Assembly: GCA_963703315.1 (NCBI GenBank)
Contig: OY969811.1
Location: 1,152,001-1,216,000, forward strand
DNA: 64,000 nucleotides
Direction of reading: 5' to 3'
Source: an uncultured cyanobacterium
Lineage (GTDB): Bacteria; Cyanobacteriota; Cyanobacteriia; Pseudanabaenales; Pseudanabaenaceae
Below, piece by piece: positions 39,898 through 51,282 of the stretch. The notes beneath the pieces were generated by a model. That model did not search any database and was not told where the DNA came from. It worked only from the letters and a program-made list of their open reading frames with translations. Each line of letters opens with the position of its first letter. The first letter of the stretch is position 1. The position numbers and the translations under genes are program-made.

Positions 39898-40719
39898 TTA
39901 AAGCATCCGATCTAATGTGTTCTCAACTTTCCTGACTGCTCTTTCAACTTTTTGGAGTTCTTTCGTTAGAGCATCTATATCTGATGCATCAAGCAATGCT
40001 TTATCTGCCAAAGCTATACTAGCCTTAACTAAACTAAATACTGGACTGTTAATTGCTGGTTGCCCATCCCCACCCTTTAGCTTTTTCGACAATGATTTAA
40101 GCTGTTCAATCTCATCAGTCCAGATATTTTCTCGCGCTACTTCTACAAAAGCCTTGCTCTCGATCTTTTTTACCCTTTCTAAGGTCGTAATAATTTTATT
40201 ATTTTGTTTTGCCTGCATATAAGTTTCTGACAAAGATCGCCTAATACCTCCACCAAAAGTAACTCTATAAACCTGCATTAGTCCGTCGTAAACGATCCTC
40301 CCTTGAAATGGCAGCAATACCGTTTTTAGATATATTGGCAAGTAATTGGCGGGGAATAAATTATCAAAAGCATCATGCAATCCTAAAACACCATAGACGT
40401 TATCACCACCAATAAATATCGCATGATTTTTCAGATATCTCTGTATATAGAAATCACCCTTTATAAAATTTTTCCATTGTTTTACTATGGATAGATAATC
40501 ATCATTAAATCGATCTGGATTACTAACAATATATCTATCTATTAGTTCTGGCTGTTCGTAGATCTTTTCTCTTAAGACCAGCTTGTCATTTTGTGGTAAT
40601 GCAGCATACTCTTCACGGGTTTTAATCTTTGTGAAAATTTTTAATTCTCTGTTGACAAAAAACTGTAATGACCACGTTAAATCAAAGAATAGCTCAGCCT
40701 CTTCTGTCGTTAATTTCAT
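39898..40719 (-). CDS. Hypothetical protein
   Basis: Long clean ORF; VYGVLGL..LP..TVLLPF.GRIVYDG. Confidence 0.75.
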   Translation of the reverse strand: MKLTTEEAELFFDLTWSLQFFVNRELKIFTKIKTREEYAALPQNDKLVLREKIYEQPELIDRYIVSNPDRFNDDYLSIVKQWKNFIKGDFYIQRYLKNHAIFIGGDNVYGVLGLHDAFDNLFPANYLPIYLKTVLLPFQGRIVYDGLMQVYRVTFGGGIRRSLSETYMQAKQNNKIITTLERVKKIESKAFVEVARENIWTDEIEQLKSLSKKLKGGDGQPAINSPVFSLVKASIALADKALLDASDIDALTKELQKVERAVRKVENTLDRML

Positions 40720-40839
40720 CAGATTTTGCCTCTCAAGATACAAGGTGCTTGTAGTTGTTATATTATAAATGCTACAGAATCGCTAACCTAAAAATTTCTC
40801 GACACCCATCCCACTATCGAATCCATTGATAGAAATGAA

Positions 40840-42888
40840 TTAAATTAGTTCGATGTCCGTGAGATTAATGGATAGCTTCATTGTCCCCAGACGCACAGAA
40901 AATTCACCAGAACTATTTGGGGCGGTGAGTACTTGAGCAATTTTGCCAAATTTGGGAATTCTGACGCGATCGCCTACTTTCACCTGTACCTCGATTTTCT
41001 CTTCAGCAATCACAGGCAGATGTCGCTTAGTTAATTCTCCGATCCTCTGTTCAGTGCGTTGGACATCAGCCGTCAGTTGTTCGCCACTTTGTTCACCTTT
41101 TTGCAATTTACGGATTACCCGACCGACTTCTTTCTGGGCTTGGGAGATCGCCGCATTAACCTCTTTTTCTTGACGTTCACGGAGTTCTTTTTCCTGCGAT
41201 CGCATTTTTGCAGCCCGATCCAAAATCTCACGATGCAAGCGCTCGGTCTCAGCGAGTAGATGGGCGGCGGACTGCGTTTTTTGAGTTTGTTCTCGACGCT
41301 GGGCTTCTAGCTCTGCAATTACATCGTTCATTTCCGCCGAACCCATTCCCACCCGCACTTGTGCTGCATCCAGAATATCCTGTGGTAAACCTAACCGACC
41401 TGCGATCGCCAGAGCGTTCGACCGTCCGGGAATGCCCCACAGCAAATGATAGGTGGGTGCAAGAGACGCATCATCAAATTCTACGGAAGCATTTTCAAAT
41501 TTGGGATTTTGATATTTTAGGGCTTTGAGTTCACCAAAGTGAGTTGTGGCAATACTGAGGCGCGTATGTTCGCCAAGATGTTCCAATAGTGCTGTAGCGA
41601 TCGCACTACCTTCTGAGGGGTCAGTACCTGCGCCCACTTCATCGAGCAGTACTAGCGATTGATTTGAAATTGAGTCCAAAATTCTACCAATGCGGCGAAT
41701 ATGTCCTGAAAAAGTTGAGAGATTCTGTTGCAGTGATTGTTCATCACCAATATCCGCAAGGACGAGATCAAACCAAGGTAATTCCACAGGCTCCCTCGCA
41801 GGAATATACATTCCTGCCTTTGCCATTAGCGCCGCTAGCCCAAAGGTTTTTAAGGTTGCCGTTTTACCACCAGTATTAGGACCTGTAATTACGACTACGG
41901 AAATCTGTGGTGACACCAACACATCTACGGGTACAACCTCGCGCCCCTCTTCGTTGCGTTGCTGCCAAACTAGTAAAGGATGTCGCAATTGTCGCAGCAC
42001 GATCGCTTCATTTTCCATAAAATGCGGTGGATTTGCCCCTAACCAATAGGCATACCTTGCCCTTGCCACAGCTAGATCAATCTTGGTGACGATAATCAGT
42101 AACTTTTGCAAATCTTCGGCGATCGCAGTCACCTTCGCACTCAGATCCGCCAAAATAATCTCGATTTGAGCTTGCTCCATTTTGAGGAGTTGCCGCAACC
42201 GATTATTGGACTGCACGATGGAATTCGGCTCGACAAATAGAGTCATGCCTGTGCTGGAAGTATCGTGAATTACCCCCGGAATGCGATCGCGTTGGGGTGA
42301 CTTGACTGACAAAACATAGCGATCGTTGCGTTGGGTAATGATCTGTTCTTGCAAGGAGCTAGAATTGCGCTGCATGATATTTTGCAGCTTGGTAAGAATT
42401 TGATCGCGCACTGAGGTTAACTCATCACGAATTTCTCCTAACCGCACCGAAGCCCGATCTAAAACATTGCCCCCTTCATCAATGCAGCGATAAATTTCCT
42501 GCTCGACATCGGGATAGGTTCGCAATTCACTCGCCAAAATCTGTAAATTTGGGCAGTAATCGGCATTATCTAACTGACGGCGTAAATTTCGCGCCCCTGC
42601 CAAAGTCGTAGCGATCGCCCATAGTTCACCTGCTGACAAAATCCCCTGTTTCTCAGCCCGCAGCACCGCCTCCGTAATATTTTGAATCCCATCTAAAGAT
42701 ACCCCTGCATTGCGCTCCTCAAGGGAATACACCTCTTTAGTTTGGGTGAGTAATTCTAATGTTTCATCGTAGCGATCGGGTATCGGCAAATGCACCGCCG
42801 CGATCGCCCCCAGCTTCGTCGTTGTAAATGTTGATAAATGCTGACATAAACGATTCCATTCCAACAGTTCTAACGTCTCAGCTTGCAT
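40840..42888 (-). CDS. mutS2: MutS2 protein, ending at the KOW domain (no Smr)
   Basis: TLELLEW, ITGPNTGGKT, DIGDEQS, STFSGHI, LLDEVGAGTDP, GIPGRSNA, VGDRVRI (KOW). Confidence 0.93.
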   Translation of the reverse strand: MQAETLELLEWNRLCQHLSTFTTTKLGAIAAVHLPIPDRYDETLELLTQTKEVYSLEERNAGVSLDGIQNITEAVLRAEKQGILSAGELWAIATTLAGARNLRRQLDNADYCPNLQILASELRTYPDVEQEIYRCIDEGGNVLDRASVRLGEIRDELTSVRDQILTKLQNIMQRNSSSLQEQIITQRNDRYVLSVKSPQRDRIPGVIHDTSSTGMTLFVEPNSIVQSNNRLRQLLKMEQAQIEIILADLSAKVTAIAEDLQKLLIIVTKIDLAVARARYAYWLGANPPHFMENEAIVLRQLRHPLLVWQQRNEEGREVVPVDVLVSPQISVVVITGPNTGGKTATLKTFGLAALMAKAGMYIPAREPVELPWFDLVLADIGDEQSLQQNLSTFSGHIRRIGRILDSISNQSLVLLDEVGAGTDPSEGSAIATALLEHLGEHTRLSIATTHFGELKALKYQNPKFENASVEFDDASLAPTYHLLWGIPGRSNALAIAGRLGLPQDILDAAQVRVGMGSAEMNDVIAELEAQRREQTQKTQSAAHLLAETERLHREILDRAAKMRSQEKELRERQEKEVNAAISQAQKEVGRVIRKLQKGEQSGEQLTADVQRTEQRIGELTKRHLPVIAEEKIEVQVKVGDRVRIPKFGKIAQVLTAPNSSGEFSVRLGTMKLSINLTDIELI

Positions 42889-42979
42889 GACACCTCAAAA
42901 TAGATTTCTACTGAATCAAAGGAAGTCAGCAAAGCTGACTTCCTTTGATCTTACTTTTCTATTGTGCCAAAAATCTATG

Positions 42980-43057
42980 TAGTGAAGCACGGGTTTGTTT
43001 CCCCGTCTTTGGCGGAGAAACAAACCTATGTACCTCGCTTGCTTGAAAAGCTGTATA
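42980..43057. repeat. Family A palindromic repeat copy (inverted relative to 1297-1391)
   Basis: ..TTGTTTCCCCG..CGGAGAAACAAACCTATGTACCTCGCTTGCTTGAAAAGC is the reverse complement of the left part of 1297-1391. Confidence 0.78.
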
Positions 43058-43122
43058 AACAAGGGGCTTAAGCCCCTTGCCTGTAGTAAAAAAAAAGAGG
43101 CGCTTAGCGCCTCTTTTTTTTA

Positions 43123-43329
43123 CTACAGGCGAGAAGCTAGTCTCTCGAAATCCGCTTGAGTACTCGATAGCATTCTGCTACGGCTATCTTGAGTGCGATC
43201 GCTACTCAAATTCGGGACGAGGTTACGGGCTTGCAATGCCATGTGTAATTGCAAGTGTGCGACGTATTCGCTGAGATCACCTTGCTGAAGCTCTAAAGAT
43301 TTGTTGCTAGTCACCGCGTTACCTCTCAT
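43123..43329 (-). CDS. Small hypothetical protein
   Basis: YVAHLQLHMALQARNLVP..DSR..TQADFER; followed by a terminator hairpin at 43081-43128. Confidence 0.72.
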   Translation of the reverse strand: MRGNAVTSNKSLELQQGDLSEYVAHLQLHMALQARNLVPNLSSDRTQDSRSRMLSSTQADFERLASRL

Positions 43330-43734
43330 AAATGTATGTGAATGTAAACTAAATTTAATCTTTTAAAAATGATGGAGAGTTTTTTGATTAAAATCAAGTC
43401 TTTTCTACGACTTTCGATATAGAACTTATCATACTAGGGTTATTACCCTTGATGGTTGGATACGAAGCGTAATCTTTTGATGTAATACTTTACAATTATT
43501 AAAAATATCGGTTTAAAAGAGTTTTGGATACACTGTATCCAAAACTCTTGATTTGATTTGGCTCATACCAATTGCTGATATTAGGCAGCTTTACGATAGA
43601 AAGCTGTGCGTTAATGTATTCTAGATATGGACTTGACCTATCATCCAAAGTAATTGCCGATAGGTTTATTCAACTCTTTTTTGATAAAATTTTATTAAAA
43701 TTTCTGTTATTTATTTCATTTAACAATCCGAATT

Positions 43735-44283
43735 ATGCTTAAACGTGCTGTCTCTACTTTGCTTGTGGTATTTGCCCTGTTTTTGACCAGTTGCGCTAGC
43801 ACTCCCACAAGTGGCTTAGTCCCCTTTGCCGATAGTAAGGACGGCTACCGATTTTTATATCCTAATGGTTGGACAGAAACTAAAGGCAACTCAGCGATCG
43901 ATATTTTGTTCCATGACATTATTGAGCCGTCTGAGAATGTTTCTGTTGCCATTAGCAAGCTAGAAACAGTGAAAACGCTTGAAGAAATCGGTGATCCTGA
44001 AGCAATCGGTTTGCGTGTGCAGAATCGGGTGGTTGCTCCAGAAGGTTCGGGTCGTCAAGCACAGTTAATTAAAGCTGAGCAGAAAGAATCAGGCGATCGC
44101 AACTATTACATTTTTGAATATGCAGTTCAGCGTCAGCAAGGTGAACCACGCCACGATCTCGTAACCGTATCCACAAATCGCGGTAATCTCTACACCTTAA
44201 GCATTTCTAGCCCTGAGAGACGTTGGGAAAAAGTCAAAGATTTGTTTGCTAGAGTTGCCAAATCTTTCACCATCGATGAATAG
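43735..44283 (+). CDS. psbP: PsbP-like lipoprotein (CyanoP)
   Basis: Lipobox LTSC; DGYRFLYPNGW, FHDIIE.SENVSV, LYTL..W..SF. Confidence 0.9.
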   Translation: MLKRAVSTLLVVFALFLTSCASTPTSGLVPFADSKDGYRFLYPNGWTETKGNSAIDILFHDIIEPSENVSVAISKLETVKTLEEIGDPEAIGLRVQNRVVAPEGSGRQAQLIKAEQKESGDRNYYIFEYAVQRQQGEPRHDLVTVSTNRGNLYTLSISSPERRWEKVKDLFARVAKSFTIDE

Positions 44284-44327
44284 CAACTGATAGATTTTGC
44301 ATCTTTAAATTTGCGTCTTTAAATATA

Positions 44328-45485
44328 ATGTCTCAAATTCTCATCATTGATGACGACCCTACTATTAGAATGACTCTTCAGAGATTTCTCAAGAGTCAAA
44401 ACTATGATGTAGTCGTAGCAAAGGATGGAGAGGAAGGATTAGCCAAAGCCAGAGAGTTACATCCATCCTTAATTATTTGTGATTGGATGATGCCGATCAT
44501 TGATGGTTTAGAGGTATGCCGTCAAATCAAAAGCAATGTGGAATTAGCAAATATCTATCTGATTTTGCTAACAGCACGAGATCAAGAGGTAGACTTGGTG
44601 CGTGGCTTGGAGATGGGTGCTGATGACTTTTTAAGTAAACCTCCCCGCATTAATGAGTTACGGGCAAGGGTTCGGGCGGGGCTGCGTCTTTATCACGCAA
44701 CCGAAGAAATCCAAAGACAAAAGCGATTAATTGAGCAGGAGCTATCTCAAGCTTCTGAATATGTGCGATCGCTGTTACCAGCACCTCTGACTGGCAACAT
44801 CTCGATTCAGTCTAGTTTTTTGCCATCAACGCAACTTGGTGGCGATAGCTTTGATTATTTTTGGCTAGATGGCGATCGCCTTGCCCTGTACTTGTTAGAT
44901 GTATCAGGGCATGGGGTTGGGTCGGCATTGCTATCAGTTTCTGTGTTAAACCTGATGCGTACACGCAGCTTAAGACATAGCCAAACATCCCAAGATATTA
45001 CAAATTTTTATCACCCCAGTGAAGTATTAACGGATCTGAATAATACTTTTCAGATGACTGTCCATAATGAAATGTACTTCACGATTTGGTATGGCGTATA
45101 TGACAAACGGACGCATCAGCTTGTATATGCCAGTGGTGGTCATCCTCCTGCGGTCTTAATTTCTAATGAAGAAATTCCTAAAATTAAGCTATTGAAAACT
45201 GCGGGGCTGCCGATTGGCATGATGCCTGACGTTACTTATCAGGAACAGGTTTGTGAAATTGATACTGATAGCCGCTTATATCTATTTAGTGATGGAGTCT
45301 ATGAAATTTCACAAGAGGACGATAGTATTTGGGGCTTTAATTCTTTAATCGATACCTTTATTCGGATTCCTAGCGATCGCCAATCCCGCATCGACTATAT
45401 TTTAACTTGTGTTAAAGAAGCTGCGAATAACAAACCATTTGAAGATGACTTATCGTTACTAGAAGTAGAATTTCACCTGAACTAA
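44328..45485 (+). CDS. Receiver + SpoIIE/PP2C phosphatase (RsbU-like)
   Basis: N-terminal REC; LGGD, DVSGHGVGSAL, GGHPP, FSDGV, EDDL. Confidence 0.92.
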   Translation: MSQILIIDDDPTIRMTLQRFLKSQNYDVVVAKDGEEGLAKARELHPSLIICDWMMPIIDGLEVCRQIKSNVELANIYLILLTARDQEVDLVRGLEMGADDFLSKPPRINELRARVRAGLRLYHATEEIQRQKRLIEQELSQASEYVRSLLPAPLTGNISIQSSFLPSTQLGGDSFDYFWLDGDRLALYLLDVSGHGVGSALLSVSVLNLMRTRSLRHSQTSQDITNFYHPSEVLTDLNNTFQMTVHNEMYFTIWYGVYDKRTHQLVYASGGHPPAVLISNEEIPKIKLLKTAGLPIGMMPDVTYQEQVCEIDTDSRLYLFSDGVYEISQEDDSIWGFNSLIDTFIRIPSDRQSRIDYILTCVKEAANNKPFEDDLSLLEVEFHLN

Positions 45486-45532
45486 AGAGAGGGGGCGCAT
45501 TGCGCCCCCTCTCTTCTAATATGCCGAGGCAC

Positions 45533-45856
45533 TTAATTTAAGGTTGCATTAAATTCATCAACTGTTGCATAAATTTTAAAAATTTTAGTCATGCTCGTTA
45601 GTTCAAATAGCATTTGTACTTGCTCATTAGCTCCACAGATGACCATATCACCCTTACTGTTACGAATTGACTTTAACGCCGAAACAAGCGCTCCCAGCCC
45701 AGAACTATCCATAAACGAGATCTCCTGAAGATCGACTACTAAATACTTAGGAGGGTTGGCTATGGATGCAATGTCGCTAACCTGTCGGCGGAAATCAGCA
45801 GCAGTAGTAACATCTAGTCTCCCTAATGGCTGGACAACTTTTACTTCATTATTCAT
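45533..45856 (-). CDS. STAS anti-anti-sigma factor
   Basis: GRLD..VDL..ISFMDSSGLGALV..FELT. Confidence 0.92.
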   Translation of the reverse strand: MNNEVKVVQPLGRLDVTTAADFRRQVSDIASIANPPKYLVVDLQEISFMDSSGLGALVSALKSIRNSKGDMVICGANEQVQMLFELTSMTKIFKIYATVDEFNATLN

Positions 45857-45977
45857 AGGTTTATTTAACGGTTCCCCATAAGCATAAATCGTTATCGATA
45901 AATTTGGCTCTTATTTAGGTTTTAATGGTTTCTTAGCAATATTATAGCGATCGCTCCATGCTAAGACCAAACCAGAA

Positions 45978-46051
45978 GTGAAGTAAGGGATTGTTTCCCT
46001 GCCTTTGGCGGGGAAACAATCCCTTACTTCGGCTGCTTGAAAAATGCTATA
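45978..46051. repeat. Family A palindromic repeat copy
   Basis: GAAGTAAGGGATTGTTTCCC..GGGAAACAATCCCTTACTTC..CTTGAAAAATGCTATA. Confidence 0.75.
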
Positions 46052-46098
46052 GGCGATCGCTACGAACAATTTTTTTGATTTTTGAAATTTCTAAATTT

Positions 46099-47178
46099 AT
46101 GGCTGAGTTAATTGATTTACAAGCGATCCAGAATGCCTTAGAGCCAATTGTCGATCCCGATTGCCAAAAAAGTATTATCGAATTAAATATGGTGCGTGAT
46201 ATTGCCATTAAGTCTAATGGGGTAGTCAGCTTTACTTTATTACTAAATGATCCGAATAGTCCTAAGCGTGATCCGTTAATTCAAGAATGTAAAACTGCGA
46301 TTAAGGCGATCGCTGATGTCAGTGATGTATGGGTGAAGGTAATTGCTGATAGTCCTGTTGTTGCCACACCAGCACCACCAACCAATGCCTTGCAGGGTAT
46401 CGAAGGTGTGAAATATGTTCTCGCTATTTCTAGTGGTAAAGGTGGCGTGGGCAAGACATCAGTTGCCGTCAATGTTGCCGTAGCCCTTGCTGATATGGGT
46501 GCAAAAGTAGGCATTCTCGATGCAGACATTTATGGACCAAACGTACCTGTGATGTTGGGTATGGAAGCAGCCCAAGTCAAGGTGGTCAAAGCCGAAAATG
46601 GCGCTGATGTAGTTGAGCCAGCCTTTAACTATGGCGTAAAAATGATCTCAATGGCATTTTTGATTGCGAAGGATCAGCCTGTGGTCTGGCGAGGACCGAT
46701 GCTCAATGGGGTGATCCGTCAGTTTCTCTATCAAGCTAACTGGGGCGAACTAGATTATTTAATTGTGGATATGCCTCCCGGAACTGGTGATGCACAGTTA
46801 ACCCTCACTCAGTCCGTACCATTGGCAGGAGCCGTAATTGTCACCACACCGCAAACCGTATCACTATTAGATTCGCGTAAGGGATTGAAGATGTTTCAAA
46901 ACATGGGTATTCCCGTTTTAGGTATTGTCGAAAATATGAGCTATTTCATCCCACCCGATATGCCTGATAAGCAGTACGACATTTTTGGTTCTGGTGGCGG
47001 TAAAAAAGCCTCTGACGAGCTTGGTGTGGATTTACTCGGTTGTGTGCCTCTAGAAATCAGTTTGCGTGAAGGTGGAGATCGCGGCGTACCAATCGTGTTA
47101 GGTCATCCTGAGTCTGCGTCTGCTAAAGCGTTAAGAGAGATTGCTAAGGCGATCGCGGCAAAAGTACAGCTAGGTTGA
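46099..47178 (+). CDS. mrp: Mrp/ApbC Fe-S cluster carrier ATPase
   Basis: SGKGGVGKT, DADIYGP, WRGPM, DMPPGTGD, VTTPQ, ENMS; start reset to the ATG at 46099. Confidence 0.93.
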   Translation: MAELIDLQAIQNALEPIVDPDCQKSIIELNMVRDIAIKSNGVVSFTLLLNDPNSPKRDPLIQECKTAIKAIADVSDVWVKVIADSPVVATPAPPTNALQGIEGVKYVLAISSGKGGVGKTSVAVNVAVALADMGAKVGILDADIYGPNVPVMLGMEAAQVKVVKAENGADVVEPAFNYGVKMISMAFLIAKDQPVVWRGPMLNGVIRQFLYQANWGELDYLIVDMPPGTGDAQLTLTQSVPLAGAVIVTTPQTVSLLDSRKGLKMFQNMGIPVLGIVENMSYFIPPDMPDKQYDIFGSGGGKKASDELGVDLLGCVPLEISLREGGDRGVPIVLGHPESASAKALREIAKAIAAKVQLG

Positions 47179-47275
47179 TTACAATTTGCTATCTATAGCA
47201 AAACCCAAAAGCTAGTTGCGGCGCTCCGCGCCGCAACTAGCTTTTGGGTTTTGTGTCTTAACTTGCTTGGCTATA

Positions 47276-47950
47276 TTAGCGAAAGATAATTACTTGGTTA
47301 CCACCTTTTTGTAATTCATAGTTCACGGAGATAATATCCGAGGTAATTCCTTCGTTGGCTAAAATATTGCATATTTCATCAAGATATGGCGATCGCGCTT
47401 GTGCCAAAGTTAATAAAGGAAATATTCGCACCTCTTCGGCAATACGACAAAGTTCACGCACTGATTCTAAATGGAATTCAAAGCTGAGATGGTCAGAATA
47501 AAGAAATAGAAAATGCGAACATAGAGCAAGGTGAAATTGCTTATCTTGAAAATTGAGCTTTGGTAATTCATCATTCAGATACCTGCCCTCTAACTTGCCG
47601 CGATCGTAATCTTCAAGAAATAAGGCGATCGCCTGTTCTCGATTGGCGCGTAAATCTTCAGGAGACTTGTGATAGTTCCATACCCAGTTATTCGGTGTAT
47701 TGCAAACCTGTTCGATAATTTCATCAACACAAGCATCAAAGCGACTTTTAATTTCTGCACCAGTAAATTGATAAATGGGATCAATTGATGTAACTGAATA
47801 ACCTGAAGCTGTCATTTCGGCATTAAAACTTGCTGGTCCATCACCAATGCCAATTATGGATTTATGGCGATCGCTTTCTGACAACGCAAACATCAATTCA
47901 TATTCTGCTTTTGATCTTCCAAAAGGAACTACTCGATCTAAGATCACCAT
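47276..47950 (-). CDS. SAM-dependent methyltransferase-like protein
   Basis: GDGPASF, IDPIY, LALCSHFLFLY, EVRIFPL. Confidence 0.8.
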   Translation of the reverse strand: MVILDRVVPFGRSKAEYELMFALSESDRHKSIIGIGDGPASFNAEMTASGYSVTSIDPIYQFTGAEIKSRFDACVDEIIEQVCNTPNNWVWNYHKSPEDLRANREQAIALFLEDYDRGKLEGRYLNDELPKLNFQDKQFHLALCSHFLFLYSDHLSFEFHLESVRELCRIAEEVRIFPLLTLAQARSPYLDEICNILANEGITSDIISVNYELQKGGNQVIIFR

Positions 47951-48374
47951 GACTTATTACCTAAATATGATTTTGTCTACACCATAGGTCTAAATACACC
48001 AATTTCAGCCATATGATGACACAGAAAAAATACAAAAACATGAATAAAATATGATTAATAACTGATTCTGAATACGCCCAAAACTTTTAAACAGTCTCAC
48101 GGTTAAGTTCTTTTTTGAGTTTATTACTCATCGACAGATCTTTGATTTTTCTGTATCTTTCACCTATGAATTTTTCTCACAACTCATTTAGTATTGCTAT
48201 ATATAGTGACATTTTAAGTATTTATAAGAAATAATTAGGTTAAAGAAATATCAGATATTATCCTAATTATTCTGTTACTTCCCATAATCCATAATGTTCT
48301 CATTGTAGATATAGTCAAAGTTAAAGTAATAGATTTGTCGTTTGCTTCATATATTTTTAAGTAAGGAAAGCAAG

Positions 48375-49016
48375 ATGAGCCGCAATCAAAATCAAAACCA
48401 AAATAATGACAAAGGTAGTAATTTCACGAAAGGCTTTATTGCCTTGTTTGGGGTAGCTGCCTTGGGAGGAGGAGCTTACACCCTCTATTCCGTAATTAAA
48501 AATCAAAATAATCCTGTATTTAATATTCAGGGTTCTCAGGCAACGGCTAAAGCTGGAGACAACAATTTGACTTTAGTAAATTCTTCCCAAAATGCTGTCC
48601 CTTCAGCACTATCTGAAACTAATCAGGCTTCTCCTACTTCGACTCCATCACCAACGCCAACAGTCTCAAAAATTGTTGATATAAGTGTAGAAAATAAGTG
48701 GACTTTGAAAATCCCACTGTATAGGACTGACAAGGACAAGTGTAATTTAGTAGGTTTTAACTCTATACCTTTGTCTTCAAGTCGCGGAGGTGGTTTATAT
48801 GCTGGAGGGTTTGTGAATGTTTACGGTAATAATACTAACATACAAGGATCGGTGACAAGTTCAGGTACAGCCAATTTATCTCTTACGGGTAACAGCGGCA
48901 TAGTGGTCACATTTGAAAGTGATAACGTAACTAGTGCTGGCGAAACCATTATTACAGGAACTACAACGGCTATCAATTGTCCTCCTAGTAAGTTTGAACT
49001 TAGAAAGCAAGGTTAA
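48375..49016 (+). CDS. Hypothetical membrane-anchored protein with S/T/P linker
   Basis: N-terminal TM, PTSTPSPTPT linker, beta-rich C-terminal domain with two Cys. Confidence 0.7.
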   Translation: MSRNQNQNQNNDKGSNFTKGFIALFGVAALGGGAYTLYSVIKNQNNPVFNIQGSQATAKAGDNNLTLVNSSQNAVPSALSETNQASPTSTPSPTPTVSKIVDISVENKWTLKIPLYRTDKDKCNLVGFNSIPLSSSRGGGLYAGGFVNVYGNNTNIQGSVTSSGTANLSLTGNSGIVVTFESDNVTSAGETIITGTTTAINCPPSKFELRKQG

Positions 49017-49192
49017 GAATTTTAGAGAAACTGTAAATTAGCAAGACGTTAATGCTCGATTTATTTCATAAGTTTTATCGTCAAGAGATAACTATCTCTA
49101 TATAGATAAAAAATGCAGGTGATCGGTACAAAGTATCGCCTGCATTTTTTATCTATTCTGCATTTTGTGAGAATTTGAAGCGAATCTTAAAC

Positions 49193-51064
49193 TTAAAGCG
49201 CAGCAGCCAATTTTAAATCGTTAGTTTCTAGAATTTGTTGAAGCTCTTCGGCATCAACAGTCTCACGCTCAATCAAATCATGGGCAATCTTATCGAGAAC
49301 ATGACGGTTATCAATGAGAAGTTGTTTGGCGCGACGGTAAGCATCAGCTACCAAAATGCCAACTTCTTCATCAATAGTTGCTGCGGTTTCTTCAGAGAAG
49401 TCACGCTCAGCCGCGATGTCACGACCGAGGAACATATTGCCATTGGAACGACCAAGAGCAACAGGTCCTAGCTTCTCACTCATACCGAAACGCATCACCA
49501 TTTGACGCGCAACTGAGGCAACTTGCTGCAAGTCGCTGGATGCACCAGTGGTAACTTCTTCTTCACCAAAGACGATTTCTTCAGCGATCCGACCACCGAG
49601 GGCTACTGCCATTTGGTTTTGCAAGTAAGCGCGGCTTTGCATTCTTTCTTCAGTGGGTAAGAACCAAGTCAAACCACCAGCACGACCGCGAGGAATGATT
49701 GTTACCTTTTGAATGGCATCATAGTCGGGCATCAAAGCACCAACAAGAGCATGACCTGCTTCGTGATAGGCAACTAATTCTTTACGCTTTTCGCTCATGA
49801 CGCGATCTTTCTTTTCGGGACCAACCAAGACGCGATCGACAGCATCATTGATTTCATCCATTGAGATTTCGGTCAAGTTGCGACGGGCAGCCAGAATCGC
49901 GGCTTCATTCAACAGGTTAGAAAGATCTGCACCTGTGAATCCGGGAGTACGACGGGCAATCTTTTCGAGATCAACATCCTTTGATAGAGTCTTACCGCGT
50001 GCGTGGACTCCGAGAATTTCCAGACGACCTGCGAAGTCGGGGCGATCAACGACAACTTGGCGATCGAAACGACCGGGACGGAGTAATGCAGCATCAAGAA
50101 CGTCAGGACGGTTAGTTGCGGCAACAATGATGATGCCAGTGTTACCTTCAAACCCATCCATTTCGGTGAGCAATTGGTTCAGGGTTTGTTCACGCTCATC
50201 GTTACCACCGCCTAGACCAGCACCACGTTGACGACCGACGGCATCAATTTCATCGATGAAGACGATGCAAGGGGCATTAGCTTTAGCTTGCTCGAACAGG
50301 TCGCGCACACGGGATGCACCAACACCAACGAACATTTCGACGAACTCAGAACCAGAAATACTGAAGAAAGGTACGCCAGCTTCACCCGCAACCGCACGGG
50401 CTAGGAGAGTTTTACCTGTTCCGGGAGGACCAACTAGCAATACGCCTTTAGGAATTTTTGCGCCAACTGCCGTAAAGCGATCGGGATTTTTGAGAAAGTC
50501 TACTACTTCGGTAAGTTCAAACTTGGCTTGCTCAATACCTGCCACATCGGTGAAGGTGACTTGGGTTTGAGGCTCCATCTGCACGCGGGCGCGAGACTTA
50601 CCAAAATTCATTGCTTGGTTGCCAGGACCTGCTTGGGCGCGACGTAGTAGGAAAAACAAACCGACTAAAAGCAAAATTGGCAAAATTAAGCTGCTCAAGG
50701 TTTGCATCAACGCACCATCGGTGCGACGAGGAGCAACATCTAACTCAACTTTATTTTCTCTAAGGGTTTTAATAAATTCAGGATCGTTGGGGAGATTAAC
50801 ACGAACTTTGCGTTTACCTTCGGGTCCCCCAGGCACAGTTACTTCGGCATAGGTACGATCAGGACTTAGAGTAACCCTAGATACACCTGCGGGTTGTTTT
50901 CTGACTTCTTCGATCAGCTTACTGTAACGCCATTCACTTTGGGCGGCTGGCTGACTATCGAGCAGGGTTGTCCCTAAGGTAATGACGACAATGCCAAGCA
51001 GTGCGTATAAACCAAAATTTTTCCACTTTTTATTATTATTGTCGTTTTTATTATTGCTTTTCAC
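49193..51064 (-). CDS. ftsH: ATP-dependent zinc metalloprotease FtsH (FtsH3-like)
   Basis: [17 protein letters not shown] motif, [17 protein letters not shown]-terminus; likely GTG start at 51064 after GGAG. Confidence 0.96.
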   Translation of the reverse strand: MKSNNKNDNNNKKWKNFGLYALLGIVVITLGTTLLDSQPAAQSEWRYSKLIEEVRKQPAGVSRVTLSPDRTYAEVTVPGGPEGKRKVRVNLPNDPEFIKTLRENKVELDVAPRRTDGALMQTLSSLILPILLLVGLFFLLRRAQAGPGNQAMNFGKSRARVQMEPQTQVTFTDVAGIEQAKFELTEVVDFLKNPDRFTAVGAKIPKGVLLVGPPGTGKTLLARAVAGEAGVPFFSISGSEFVEMFVGVGASRVRDLFEQAKANAPCIVFIDEIDAVGRQRGAGLGGGNDEREQTLNQLLTEMDGFEGNTGIIIVAATNRPDVLDAALLRPGRFDRQVVVDRPDFAGRLEILGVHARGKTLSKDVDLEKIARRTPGFTGADLSNLLNEAAILAARRNLTEISMDEINDAVDRVLVGPEKKDRVMSEKRKELVAYHEAGHALVGALMPDYDAIQKVTIIPRGRAGGLTWFLPTEERMQSRAYLQNQMAVALGGRIAEEIVFGEEEVTTGASSDLQQVASVARQMVMRFGMSEKLGPVALGRSNGNMFLGRDIAAERDFSEETAATIDEEVGILVADAYRRAKQLLIDNRHVLDKIAHDLIERETVDAEELQQILETNDLKLAAAL

Positions 51065-51282
51065 TACTACTGCTCCATCAATAGAGATGTTCTTAGATGA
51101 TTTTGCCAAGAACGAATGATTTAATTAACTAATCTTAACGTAAGTAGACTGGTATCTGTCGAAACGACCTCAGAATCCGTCTTTGGATCGATAATATAGC
51201 GATCGCCACGCAACATTACATCGCTTCGCATTCACATCAGAACAAAAAAATTTTGCAATTGTAACAACGATTCGTTTTAAAA

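Noticed and set aside
43332..43349. Possible HLR1/RpaB site (TTTACATT-CA-CATACATT on the minus strand)
   Set aside because: Second half-site has two mismatches in AT-rich DNA; not supportable.
45991..46098. N-terminal extension of Mrp in the ORF track
   Set aside because: It runs through a family A repeat; the ATG at 46099 fits the family start.
49235..50852. Many short antisense or alternate-frame ORFs over ftsH, and similarly over mutS2, hemL and the P-type ATPase
   Set aside because: Shadow ORFs of conserved genes, with no motifs or independent signals.
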